Assembly (NCBI GenBank): GCA_963710755.1
Contig: CAVQBK010000013.1
Coordinates: 384,001 to 448,000 of the forward strand
DNA: 64,000 nt
DNA from: an uncultured bacterium
GTDB lineage: Bacteria > Oederibacteriota > JAAXVQ01 > JAUVAV01
Reading direction: 5' to 3'
In this document: one piece after another, positions 31,843-40,899 of the stretch
How the letters are laid out: every line of letters begins with the position of its first letter
How positions within the stretch are numbered: position 1 is the first letter of the stretch
Notes under the pieces: generated by a model
Told to the model about the DNA's origin: nothing
Databases searched by the model: none
The model's input: only the letters and a program-made list of their open reading frames with translations
Position numbers and translations under genes: made by a program

Positions 31843-33084
31843 TCAGTCCTCTTTGAAATCCGGAAATTGCCGGCACAGGGCATTGACCTCTTGACGAATA
31901 CTGGCCAAAGCCTCGGTAGTACCGGAACTATGCACCACTCGGTGAACAAAACCGGCAATGGTCTTCATTTCTTCTTCTTTCATCCCCCGGGTGGTGACGG
32001 CTGATACGCCCAAACGCACACCGGAGGTAACCCTCGGACCGAGTGGATCATTGGGGATACCGTTTTTATTGGCCACGATACCGGCTTGTTCCAGACGCTC
32101 GGCAATGTCGGCGCCGGTCTTGTTCAGCCGTCTCAAGTCCAACAGAATCAGATGATTGTCCGTACCGCCGGTGACCAAATCAAAGTCAAAGCGCAACAGT
32201 TCTTCGGCCAGCGTCTTGGCATTGGCAATAATCTGTTCTGCGTAGCGCTTAAAACTATCACCGGCAGCTTCCTTGAACGCCACGGCTTTGGCGGCGATAA
32301 CATGCATCAAGGGACCGCCTTGCAGTCCTGGAAAAACAGCGCTGTCAATTTTTTTGGCGTACTCGCTCCGTGAGAGCACAAACCCGCTGCGCGGTCCGCG
32401 CAGGGTTTTATGAGTGGTGGAGGTCACCACATCCGCGAAGGGCACAGGCGAAGGGTGTACTCCGCCGGCAATCAACCCGGCGATGTGAGCGATATCCACC
32501 ATCAAATAAGCCCCCACGCTGTCGCAAATTTCACGGAATTTGGGAAAGTCAATGACACGGGGATAGGCTGAAGCCCCGGCAATGATTAAGGCCGGCCGAA
32601 AAGCTTTGGCCTGGTCGGCCAAGGCATCATAATCAATAAGATGGGTTTTTTCGTTCACTTTATAACTGTCCGACTGATATAGTTTCCCGGAAAAATTAAA
32701 CTTGGCGCCATGGGTCAGATGGCCGCCATCAGCCAAATCCATACCCAGGATTTTATCCCCCGGTTTGAGCAGCGCCATATAGGCTGCCATATTGGCGGTG
32801 CTGCCGGAATGGGGCTGCACATTGGCATGTTCCGCGCCGAACAGGGTTTTAAGTCTGTCGATGGCCAGCTGTTCGATGTCATCGGCCGGTCCGCATCCCT
32901 GATAATAACGGGCGCGGGGATAACCTTCGGCGTATTTGTTGGTAAAGAGGCTGCCCTGGGCTTCCAGAACCGCCGCGGAGGTATAATTTTCGGAAGCAAT
33001 CATCTGCAGGCGCGTATGCTCGCGCTCTACCTCCGCTTCAATGATTTGATAAACTTCCTGATCGCTTTGACTTAAGGGTTTCAA
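31843..33084 (-). CDS. glyA: Serine hydroxymethyltransferase
   Basis: [50 protein letters not shown]. Confidence 0.97.
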   Translation of the reverse strand: MKPLSQSDQEVYQIIEAEVEREHTRLQMIASENYTSAAVLEAQGSLFTNKYAEGYPRARYYQGCGPADDIEQLAIDRLKTLFGAEHANVQPHSGSTANMAAYMALLKPGDKILGMDLADGGHLTHGAKFNFSGKLYQSDSYKVNEKTHLIDYDALADQAKAFRPALIIAGASAYPRVIDFPKFREICDSVGAYLMVDIAHIAGLIAGGVHPSPVPFADVVTSTTHKTLRGPRSGFVLSRSEYAKKIDSAVFPGLQGGPLMHVIAAKAVAFKEAAGDSFKRYAEQIIANAKTLAEELLRFDFDLVTGGTDNHLILLDLRRLNKTGADIAERLEQAGIVANKNGIPNDPLGPRVTSGVRLGVSAVTTRGMKEEEMKTIAGFVHRVVHSSGTTEALASIRQEVNALCRQFPDFKED

Positions 33085-33098
33085 TGTCTGGCCTCTCT

Positions 33099-33557
33099 TT
33101 ATTTGGATATGAAATATTTATTTTCAATTTCCTTGATTTTATCCAGCCGCCGCTGATGGCGATCACCGGAAAAGCGGGCATGCAGCCAGGCTTTGATCAT
33201 GGCCATGGCCATGTCCTTGCCGATCACCCGGCCCGGCAACACCAGGATATTGGCATTATTGTGTTCCCGTGCATATTGGGCCACATAGGTGTTGTAGGCC
33301 AAGGCCGCCCGCACACCGGGCACTTTGTTGGCTGCGATGGACATGCCCACGCCGGTACCGCAGATTAAAATCCCCAGATGGTCTTCCCCTTCCTGCGCCA
33401 CCGCCTCGGCCACCTTCAAGCCGATATCAGGATAATCACAAGACTCTTCCGTGGAGGTGCCGAAATCCTTAAAGGCCAATCCTTCCTTGGTCAAGGCGTT
33501 GATAATGTTTTCTTTTAATTCATAACCTGCATGATCACTGCCAATATAAAGTTGCAT
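33099..33557 (-). CDS. rpiB: Ribose-5-phosphate isomerase B
   Basis: [42 protein letters not shown]. Confidence 0.96.
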   Translation of the reverse strand: MQLYIGSDHAGYELKENIINALTKEGLAFKDFGTSTEESCDYPDIGLKVAEAVAQEGEDHLGILICGTGVGMSIAANKVPGVRAALAYNTYVAQYAREHNNANILVLPGRVIGKDMAMAMIKAWLHARFSGDRHQRRLDKIKEIENKYFISK

Positions 33558-33642
33558 ACTTCCCCCTTGAACGTACCAGACGCGCTTCGGCCTGTCATGG
33601 CTAAAGACGGCATCATTCGGTGATTAAAAAAGTTTAACCCGG

Positions 33643-33651
33643 ATTATACCA
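33643..33651 (-). promoter_or_regulatory. Extended -10 promoter upstream of the rpiB-glyA run
   Basis: TGGTATAAT on the minus strand. Confidence 0.5.
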
Positions 33652-33695
33652 CAGGTGTCATGGCTGAAGGGACAAAATGTTTTATACCAATGGAT

Positions 33696-35258
33696 TTATA
33701 CGGAAACGGCTTTCATCCCGGTCACCCGGTAGACGGAGACTTGATCCCGCTTGCCCTTGACCGTAATGGGTGATAATTTTTCGCAGAGCACATGGTTTTT
33801 AACAGCCTGGTAGGTGGTTTCCGAAATCAACACGCTGCCGCCTTCGGCAATCGCTTCCAAGCGGGCCGCCAAATTAACGGCATCGCCGATCACGGTATAG
33901 TCCATTTTTTGGGCCGAGCCCATATTGCCTGAAACCACATCGCCTGTATTGACCCCAATGCCGATGGTGACGGTCTTAAGACCTTCATTTTTACGGCGAT
34001 GGTTCAATGCTTTAATGGCTTCCTGGATTTCCACGCCTGTTCTTACGGCCCGTACCACGTCGTCCTCCATGGGCAGGGGCACGCCGTAGACTGCCATAAC
34101 GCAGTCACCGACAAACTTGTCCAGCATGCCGCCATTACGCAGCACAATTTCGGTCTGGACGGAAAGGTATTCATTGATCACCGAGACCACGGCCTCAGGC
34201 TCCAGGGTTTCCGACATGGACGTAAAGCCCCGGATGTCGGTGAACAGCATTGTGGCCCGTTTACGGGCACCGCCAAGCGCCAATTTGCCGGGATCTTTCA
34301 GAACTTCTTCCATCACTTGGCTGGACACGTAGGTACAAAAAGCACCTTTAATTTGTTCCTTCTCCCGTAACGAGGCCGCCATCTGGTTGAAGGCCGCCGT
34401 CAGCTCACCCAACTCATCATTCCTGCTGATTTTAATCTCCTGGTTGAGGTCACCGCCGGCAATGGCCAATACACCGGCCACCAGATTTTTAAGAGGTTGG
34501 GTCATGAAGTGCGCCAGAAAAATGGCCGCAATCGTTCCCAACAGCAGCATAATGCCGGTGACCACCAGCAACTTGACGGCTGCCTGTTTAACGGTGATAT
34601 CCACCAGTTTTTGGGACATGCCCAAATGAACCACGCCGATTTGTTTGCCCCCCAACTTACCCAGCCGGTTAACTAAGATGGGAATGGCGATATCGAACCG
34701 GCGCTCTCCGTTGGCGGTCGTATAAGGCTGAACCAATAGCGATTCCCCCGCATAAGGCTTGACGCCTTGAGGCGGTACGTAAGGCTGGGAGACTTTGCGG
34801 ATGTCATTATGGGCCACGATGGTGCCGCTTGAATCGGTCATTAGGATTTCCACTACACCGGCATTACGTTTGATATTCTGAGTATATGCTTTTTGCTGGC
34901 CAAAAATATCTCCTCGCAAGGAAAGAAAAATGCTTTTAAAGGTAACCTCGGGCATGGCCGCAGCACGGGCATCGGGCATGGTTTCATGAATTAAAGCAGC
35001 GCACACTAAATCATTAAGTACAGCTTCGGCTGCCGAGGAAGCCAGGCTGCGGGCAATAGTAGCGCCCCGTTTCACAACTTCCTCACGCAGCGATTTTTGC
35101 TGCTGCCGATAAGTCAGGATAGTCGTCAGCACCATAATGGTTCCTACGGTGAGCACCACGAAGAAAGTGAATTGCAACCTGATAGGAATACGCAATCCTT
35201 TTTTTTTAATCTTTTGCGCTTGCGGTTTCTGCGCCAATGCTGCCGTTGGCTTACTCAC
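33696..35258 (-). CDS. Membrane class III adenylate cyclase (TM, Cache-like sensor, TM, HAMP, cyclase)
   Basis: LFTDIRGFT, DKFVGD, GIGVNTG, YTVIGDAVNLAARLE; the Lys/Thr substrate-specifying pair indicates ATP. Confidence 0.92.
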   Translation of the reverse strand: MSKPTAALAQKPQAQKIKKKGLRIPIRLQFTFFVVLTVGTIMVLTTILTYRQQQKSLREEVVKRGATIARSLASSAAEAVLNDLVCAALIHETMPDARAAAMPEVTFKSIFLSLRGDIFGQQKAYTQNIKRNAGVVEILMTDSSGTIVAHNDIRKVSQPYVPPQGVKPYAGESLLVQPYTTANGERRFDIAIPILVNRLGKLGGKQIGVVHLGMSQKLVDITVKQAAVKLLVVTGIMLLLGTIAAIFLAHFMTQPLKNLVAGVLAIAGGDLNQEIKISRNDELGELTAAFNQMAASLREKEQIKGAFCTYVSSQVMEEVLKDPGKLALGGARKRATMLFTDIRGFTSMSETLEPEAVVSVINEYLSVQTEIVLRNGGMLDKFVGDCVMAVYGVPLPMEDDVVRAVRTGVEIQEAIKALNHRRKNEGLKTVTIGIGVNTGDVVSGNMGSAQKMDYTVIGDAVNLAARLEAIAEGGSVLISETTYQAVKNHVLCEKLSPITVKGKRDQVSVYRVTGMKAVSV

Positions 35259-36544
35259 GATCCGCTTTCCTCCTGTTGCTTTTCCAGCATGACCACAAAG
35301 GCACCCACCAATTCAGGATCCAACTGGGTCCCGGCATTCCTTTTAAGTTCTTCCATGGCATCACGCCGGCTGATGGGAGCGCGGTGTTTTTGTTCCGAGG
35401 TCATGGCGTCAAAAGCATCGGCTACAGCCAGAATACGTGCGCCCAGGGGAATAGTCTTGCCTGACAGCCCCTGGGGATAACCCTTGCCGTCATAGCGTTC
35501 ATGATGATGCATCACCAAGGGCACGACCCCACGCAAGGCTTCGATTTGTTTCAAGATGTCGGCGCCCACCAACGTATGCTGCTTCATTGTTTCGTATTCT
35601 TCCGCCGTCAATTTCCCGGTCTTTTCTAAAATCACGTCGGGTACGGCAATATGACCGATGTTCTGGACCTGACCGGCCAGATGAATGTTAGCGATCTCTT
35701 CCTGATCCAGACCGATATGTACCGCCAAATTAGCCGCATATTCCGATACGCGCTGGTCATGGCCGCCTACAAATTTGTCGCGGTGCTCCAGTGCTTTGGC
35801 CATGGCGCGCAGCACGCCGATGTAAAGTTCTTTTAAATTATCGGCCATTTCATTGAATGCATTAGCCAAAATGGCCAGCTCGCTTTTACCCTTGATATTA
35901 ATTTTAAAATTAAGATTGCCGGCGCCGATTTCATGCACCCCGCGCATCAATTCGCTCACAGGCTTCATCATAATATTGGTGACAAAAACCGCGATGATAA
36001 TGCCAATCAATAATAAGGCCGCGGCAATGGACAATGATTCCCGAAAGGCTTGACCGACATGCTCGGTAACCGATTTCTGAGACATGCCCACATGCACACT
36101 GCCTATTTGAACGCCGTTACGAAGATTGATGGGAATAGCAATATCGGTTAGGGCATGGTCATCCTGGTTCTTGAAAGATTGAATGAGAATCTCTTCATTG
36201 GTGAGCGGTCTTAAGCCAACCGGTTCCACGTACTCCTTACCTATATTGGCGATCTTGCTATGGGCCAAAATTTTTCCCTTATCATCGAGAATCATGGCAT
36301 AAGCCACGCCCTCGTTTTTCATAACACTGGTGACGAAAGTGGCCAAAGATAACCGATCGCCGTTGATTAAGGCATCGGTGCTGATGGTGGCCAAATTCCG
36401 GGTAATGGTGGATCCTCTTCTGGTCATTTCCCGCAGCAGGACTTCCCTTTCCTGCTGGGTGAAAAAATAAGTGGAGCCAAAAACTGTAACCGCTACCAGG
36501 GTAACGGTCATCAGGATGAATTGAAATTTCAGACCAGCACGCAT
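35255..36544 (-). CDS. Membrane HD-GYP-domain protein with degenerate HD motif (TM, Cache-like sensor, TM, HAMP, HD-GYP)
   Basis: ATG 36544 after GGAGG. HHERYDGKGYP and ARILAVADAFDAM are present, but LHDIGK is replaced by VQNIGH. Confidence 0.88.
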   Translation of the reverse strand: MRAGLKFQFILMTVTLVAVTVFGSTYFFTQQEREVLLREMTRRGSTITRNLATISTDALINGDRLSLATFVTSVMKNEGVAYAMILDDKGKILAHSKIANIGKEYVEPVGLRPLTNEEILIQSFKNQDDHALTDIAIPINLRNGVQIGSVHVGMSQKSVTEHVGQAFRESLSIAAALLLIGIIIAVFVTNIMMKPVSELMRGVHEIGAGNLNFKINIKGKSELAILANAFNEMADNLKELYIGVLRAMAKALEHRDKFVGGHDQRVSEYAANLAVHIGLDQEEIANIHLAGQVQNIGHIAVPDVILEKTGKLTAEEYETMKQHTLVGADILKQIEALRGVVPLVMHHHERYDGKGYPQGLSGKTIPLGARILAVADAFDAMTSEQKHRAPISRRDAMEELKRNAGTQLDPELVGAFVVMLEKQQEESGS

Positions 36545-36719
36545 AGGAACCTCCGAGACTCCCACCAAAAATGGACCACCGCAAGGCTGGCAGCAGTCCA
36601 CCTTAGGGAGCATATGGTTATTTATTTATTCATTCTATATCAGCTAAACGTTGCCCTGCCTGCTGGGCGACAGGCGTCATGGGATTGATTAATTATCGGC
36701 AGGTTTACAATTGGTCGAC

Positions 36720-36801
36720 AGTTTAGCAAGTGAAAATCTTGGTTGTCAAGGATAAAGCCCGGGCTTTATCCTTGACAAATTCCCGAAATATCCTTTAAAA
36801 T
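36720..36801. promoter_or_regulatory. Back-to-back divergent sigma70 promoters built on a perfect 36-bp palindrome (36743-36778)
   Basis: Plus strand: TTGACA(36772)-18 nt-TAAAAT. Minus strand: TTGACA(36749)-18 nt-TAAACT. Confidence 0.7.
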
Positions 36802-36909
36802 TCTATAAAAATTCACAAGGAGGCAAGAAGCGTCGCGCCCTGGGCATAATCGGCAAAAGCACAGACCAACGCTTCCCTAACTTCCCTTGGCCTACACCTG
36901 GTTAACCCT

Positions 36910-38805
36910 ATGACAAATACATCTCGATTCAACCTCCCACGCCTCGGACTGGTATTGGGCCTGGTTTGCTTGGCCGCTCTTTCGATCATTGGTTGCCGAA
37001 AAAATACCCCCCCGGCACCTGCGCCCACGGTTATCGCCACGCCCATCACGCATAATGAACAACTGGTCTATACATCGTCCGGTCAATTATTCACTACCGA
37101 CTTGTCCGGTGAAAAAATAGGCAAATTGGAAAATACGGGGAAAAACAATTGGTTCCCTTCCATGGCGCCGGACCAACAGACTCTGGCTTACTGGTCTGAT
37201 CAAAGCGGCAGCCATGAACTCTGGCTCTATAATTTTAAGACTGCAAGCGCCACCCGTTTGACCTTCTTCAATTCCTCGGAAAATGATCCTGCTGCTCAAA
37301 ATTTCAATATACACGATGCACCCACTTGGTCGCCCAACAGCCAGGAAATCGCCTTTTCCCGCATGGGACAAATTTGGCTGATTGACCGTGAGGGCTATAA
37401 TTTGGAAACCGTGGTAAGAGAGGGTAATAATTATAGTCCCAGCTGGTCACCCGATGGCAAGCTGCTGGCCTACATCAGCCTGCAACATCAATCCCAAAAC
37501 CTTTATTTGCGCCGTATCAAAACCGGAGAAGAATGGGCCATCACCACTTTTCCTGCTACCCACCATGCAGGTGGTCCATCCTGGTCACCGGATGGCAAAA
37601 AAATTGCGTTTTCCCTTTCCATATATGAAACCGTAGATATCTGGATTATCAACAATGACGGCACCGACCTTAAGCGTCTCACCAAGGACGGGGCCAGCAA
37701 CGCTCCGGTTTGGTCCTGGGACGGGAAAAAAATAGCTTTTTCCTCCGGACGTCAGGATCCATATCATTGGGAAATCTGGGTCATGAACAGTGATGGCAGC
37801 GGCCAGTTTGCAGTAAGCCGCAATGGTGGTTTTTCGCCAACGTGGAGAAATTTGGAAACGGCCGTCCCGAACCCGGCCTTACCTGCAATGGCCACAGCTC
37901 AACCGAACGCTGTAGCCAAGGCCACCATCAGCCCTGTACCGACATCCAAACCTACTACCAAACCAACACCTATTCCTACCGTTCCGCCAGCCAAAATAAA
38001 AACCATACCTACGGCTGTACCCAAAGCAACACCTGTTCCGCCTTCATCAGATAACGCGGAATTGCTGGAAGATTTGGAGGCTTTGGAGGAAGAAGCCCCT
38101 GCGGAAAAACCCACGCCCAAGCCCATGCCTACCAAAAAGCCCACGCTGGTGCCGACGATGGAACCTACACCCAACCCCACACCAATGCCAACCAAGGCTG
38201 CGACCAACCCACAATCTTCCGTCAAATCCCCGTCCGCGCCTGTGCAGAAAGAGGAGTATTTTGATGAAATGGGCGACCTTACCGACGAGCCTCTTCCGGA
38301 AGAACCGCCGGCCGTCAAAACAACACCTGCACCTTCCCGGCAGCCTTTGGCGAAAGCCACAGCCGAACAAAAAAACAACGAAGAAGAATCTTATGCTGAG
38401 TTCGAGGAATACGCTGATGAAGATGCTGTGGTTCTGAAAAATGAAAATAAAAACGGCGGCCAGACCTTGCCTGGCAATGTGATTACCTTTGAACCGGAAA
38501 TACAATTTTATTTTGCCAAGGATTTAATTAAAGCTTCTTCACTGACAGAATTGGATAAACTGGCCAAGCAGATCGAAGCCTATCCCGATTCTCCTTTGAT
38601 CATAAAAGCCATGATCAAAGGGCCCAAATGGCTCCCCTTGCTCAGAACCCTGGCCCGGGCCAGAGCCAACAGCGTGTTGCGACACTTGATTGTCAATGAG
38701 AATATCCGTCAAATCAATGTCACCGCAATTGCAGAAGGTGATCCTTATCCCGACCTGAGCGATCAGGTTGAAGACCTGCCGATTTTATTGGTGGTGATTA
38801 AATAA
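36910..38805 (+). CDS. Lipoprotein: TolB-like PD40 beta-propeller, Pro/Thr/acidic linker, degenerate OmpA/Pal-like C-terminal domain
   Basis: Lipobox IIGC; repeated PxWSPDGKKIAF; linker rich in PT/KPT; C-terminal IQFYFAKDLIK...LARARANSV. Confidence 0.82.
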   Translation: MTNTSRFNLPRLGLVLGLVCLAALSIIGCRKNTPPAPAPTVIATPITHNEQLVYTSSGQLFTTDLSGEKIGKLENTGKNNWFPSMAPDQQTLAYWSDQSGSHELWLYNFKTASATRLTFFNSSENDPAAQNFNIHDAPTWSPNSQEIAFSRMGQIWLIDREGYNLETVVREGNNYSPSWSPDGKLLAYISLQHQSQNLYLRRIKTGEEWAITTFPATHHAGGPSWSPDGKKIAFSLSIYETVDIWIINNDGTDLKRLTKDGASNAPVWSWDGKKIAFSSGRQDPYHWEIWVMNSDGSGQFAVSRNGGFSPTWRNLETAVPNPALPAMATAQPNAVAKATISPVPTSKPTTKPTPIPTVPPAKIKTIPTAVPKATPVPPSSDNAELLEDLEALEEEAPAEKPTPKPMPTKKPTLVPTMEPTPNPTPMPTKAATNPQSSVKSPSAPVQKEEYFDEMGDLTDEPLPEEPPAVKTTPAPSRQPLAKATAEQKNNEEESYAEFEEYADEDAVVLKNENKNGGQTLPGNVITFEPEIQFYFAKDLIKASSLTELDKLAKQIEAYPDSPLIIKAMIKGPKWLPLLRTLARARANSVLRHLIVNENIRQINVTAIAEGDPYPDLSDQVEDLPILLVVIK

Positions 38806-38846
38806 GTGTTGGTGCGCAAAGGCAGAAGCACCCGTAGGTCGTGTCC

Positions 38847-38874
38847 GTAGGGAACAGGCATGCCTGTTCCCTGC
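38847..38874. repeat. REP-like palindrome (GTAG family, CAGGCATGCCTG core)
   Basis: GTAGGGAACAGGCATGCCTGTTCCCTGC between convergent genes. Confidence 0.75.
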
Positions 38875-38964
38875 CAATGCGTTTTTTCTCTCCGCGCTCT
38901 GTTCGGTAAAGCGCCATCCGCCAAGGACAAGATCGCGCCCATTTCCATGATAAGCGGGTGATGA

Positions 38965-40899
38965 TCACCAGCCAGTAGGTAAGGCCTTTCGGGCCGCTTC
39001 CTTTTGTTCACACTCTTTCTTTAATTTTTCCAGATTTGGAAACAGGGCTTCCGCCATGGCAATGGTATTAACATAATCGCCTTGCTGTAATTTGGTTTTC
39101 ACCACCACCAGATGGTTTTTCATTTTTTGATAGCGTTCCGGAAAATAAGTGTCGCCTTTCTTTTGATCGATCTCGATCATCAATTTAACCGCCCGTCCGT
39201 AAGCCCCCCGGGCCCGTCGTCTTTCCTTTTTTTGCTCATCAACTTTTTTGAGCACATGCTGCCGTTGTTGGGCTGGTTTAACGGCAGGGGCTGCCTGCGG
39301 AGGAATCTTCTCTGAAATGGGTTTGGTACTAAGTGTGGGTCTGTTCTCCATTTTTCTGGCCATCGCTTTGGCTTTGATCGCAGCCCGTTCCCCCAGGCGT
39401 TTGATATCATTGATAATGGAAACTGATTGGTCATTGGCAGCCTCATAATCCCGCTGACGGTAGGCGGCTTTAGCCGCTTGCAAGTCATCGCTCAGCTTCC
39501 TCCAGGCCTCTTTAAAGTAGCGCTGTATATCGTCGCGCCGTTGGCTTTGGGTGACCAGGCGGTTGGCCTCCGTAAGATTGGTAACAGCGGTTGCTTTAAT
39601 TTCCCTATTAACTTTGCGGGCCCGAGCCTTTTTCTTCTTTCGCTCTTCTTTGTCCATGGTCTGCTGTTCTTTCTTGACCCGGTTCCAGGCGCGATTCACC
39701 TCATCATCTTCCGGAATAATGTCCAGAGCCTTCCGGTAGGCTTTGGCAGCATTGGTCCAGTCCTGCTTGGTTTCGTAATTTTCTGCCTGTGTTTTATAAA
39801 TTTCGAATTTAGAATGTTTGTCTACTTCGTCTTGTAGAGATAACAAGGCTTCCGCCAACTGTTCATCATCGGGCAGGTATTCCACTGCTTCTTCCCAGGC
39901 ATCCAATGCTCGCTGGTTATCCCCTTTATCTAAAGCGGCTTGGCCTATGATTTTCAGGCGCATGCCTTCCTGTTCCAGGGGGGTCAGACGATTGCGGCCA
40001 AAATGCCATGCCAGACCGAGGTAATGGCTGGACCCTAAATTTAATTGTTCTCCCATGGGCAACACAAAGCCATAATCCAGTTGCAGGGCCCATTGCGACT
40101 GCATGATATTAAAGCCCAGACCTGCCGTTAATTCCTGCAGTCCATCATTGTCAAGCGCCATACCGGCCCGGGTAGCCAACAAACGGTGGAACCACCAGTA
40201 CTCCCCGCCCAGGGATAAACGATAGGTGTTTCCGAACTGCCACCAATCCAGACTGCCGTCAAGTGTATCATTCTGATAGGCTAATCCGGCTCGCAATTGC
40301 ATAGGCAACAAAACCGGTTCATCAAAAAGAGCGACATTGGGACGGTTGACATTGGCTGCAGACAAGCCGATGGTCCAATGCGGCAGCGGGGTGTAAAGGA
40401 CGCCGGCATCGACAGCCGCAGTCAGCAAGGAGGAATGGGTTCTGAGAAAGTCATCCTGGGCAAGAGCTTGGTCATCGGTGTATTGAAGCATTAAGAGATT
40501 TACCACAGCTCCGACTTCCCAGCTTTTATTCTGGTCCAAAGCCTGTCCATAACCCAGACTAATTCTACTTTCCTGATATAGACCAAAAAGATTGCGCTGG
40601 TGCCACAAGAGGCCGAGAGCCGCAGGAATGGTCAATGGATAGGTAAAGGCCAATTGACTTTCCGTCAATTGGCCGTCATCCAACCCAGCATACAATTTGG
40701 CCCAACCGGTAGACAGACAGGCTTCCTGCAGGCCGGCAAGGCCGGCGGGATTATAAAGCAGGGCATCATTGTCATCAGCCAAGGCCGTAAAGGCACCGGC
40801 CATGCCGACCGCCCGGGCACCGGGCCGTTCCAATTCAAAGGCGGTGTGGCCAGCCTTGGCCAAAGTCAACAACAGCATCAAACTCAATATCTTTTTCAT
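38965..40899 (-). CDS. PorV/PorP-SprF-like beta-barrel fused to TPR and coiled-coil C-terminus
   Basis: Signal peptide, GARAVGMAGAFTALADD...YNPAGL, AVDAGVLY, NVNRP, LPMQLRAG, GGEYW, LDYGF, then TPR-like helices. Confidence 0.8.
   Translation of the reverse strand: MKKILSLMLLLTLAKAGHTAFELERPGARAVGMAGAFTALADDNDALLYNPAGLAGLQEACLSTGWAKLYAGLDDGQLTESQLAFTYPLTIPAALGLLWHQRNLFGLYQESRISLGYGQALDQNKSWEVGAVVNLLMLQYTDDQALAQDDFLRTHSSLLTAAVDAGVLYTPLPHWTIGLSAANVNRPNVALFDEPVLLPMQLRAGLAYQNDTLDGSLDWWQFGNTYRLSLGGEYWWFHRLLATRAGMALDNDGLQELTAGLGFNIMQSQWALQLDYGFVLPMGEQLNLGSSHYLGLAWHFGRNRLTPLEQEGMRLKIIGQAALDKGDNQRALDAWEEAVEYLPDDEQLAEALLSLQDEVDKHSKFEIYKTQAENYETKQDWTNAAKAYRKALDIIPEDDEVNRAWNRVKKEQQTMDKEERKKKKARARKVNREIKATAVTNLTEANRLVTQSQRRDDIQRYFKEAWRKLSDDLQAAKAAYRQRDYEAANDQSVSIINDIKRLGERAAIKAKAMARKMENRPTLSTKPISEKIPPQAAPAVKPAQQRQHVLKKVDEQKKERRRARGAYGRAVKLMIEIDQKKGDTYFPERYQKMKNHLVVVKTKLQQGDYVNTIAMAEALFPNLEKLKKECEQKEAARKALPTGW

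Noticed and set aside
36815-36890. Structured leader or riboswitch before the TolB-like gene (GAAGCGT/ACGCTTC pairing)
   Set aside because: Only a short stem with no match to a riboswitch consensus I recognise; an Infernal/Rfam search would be needed.
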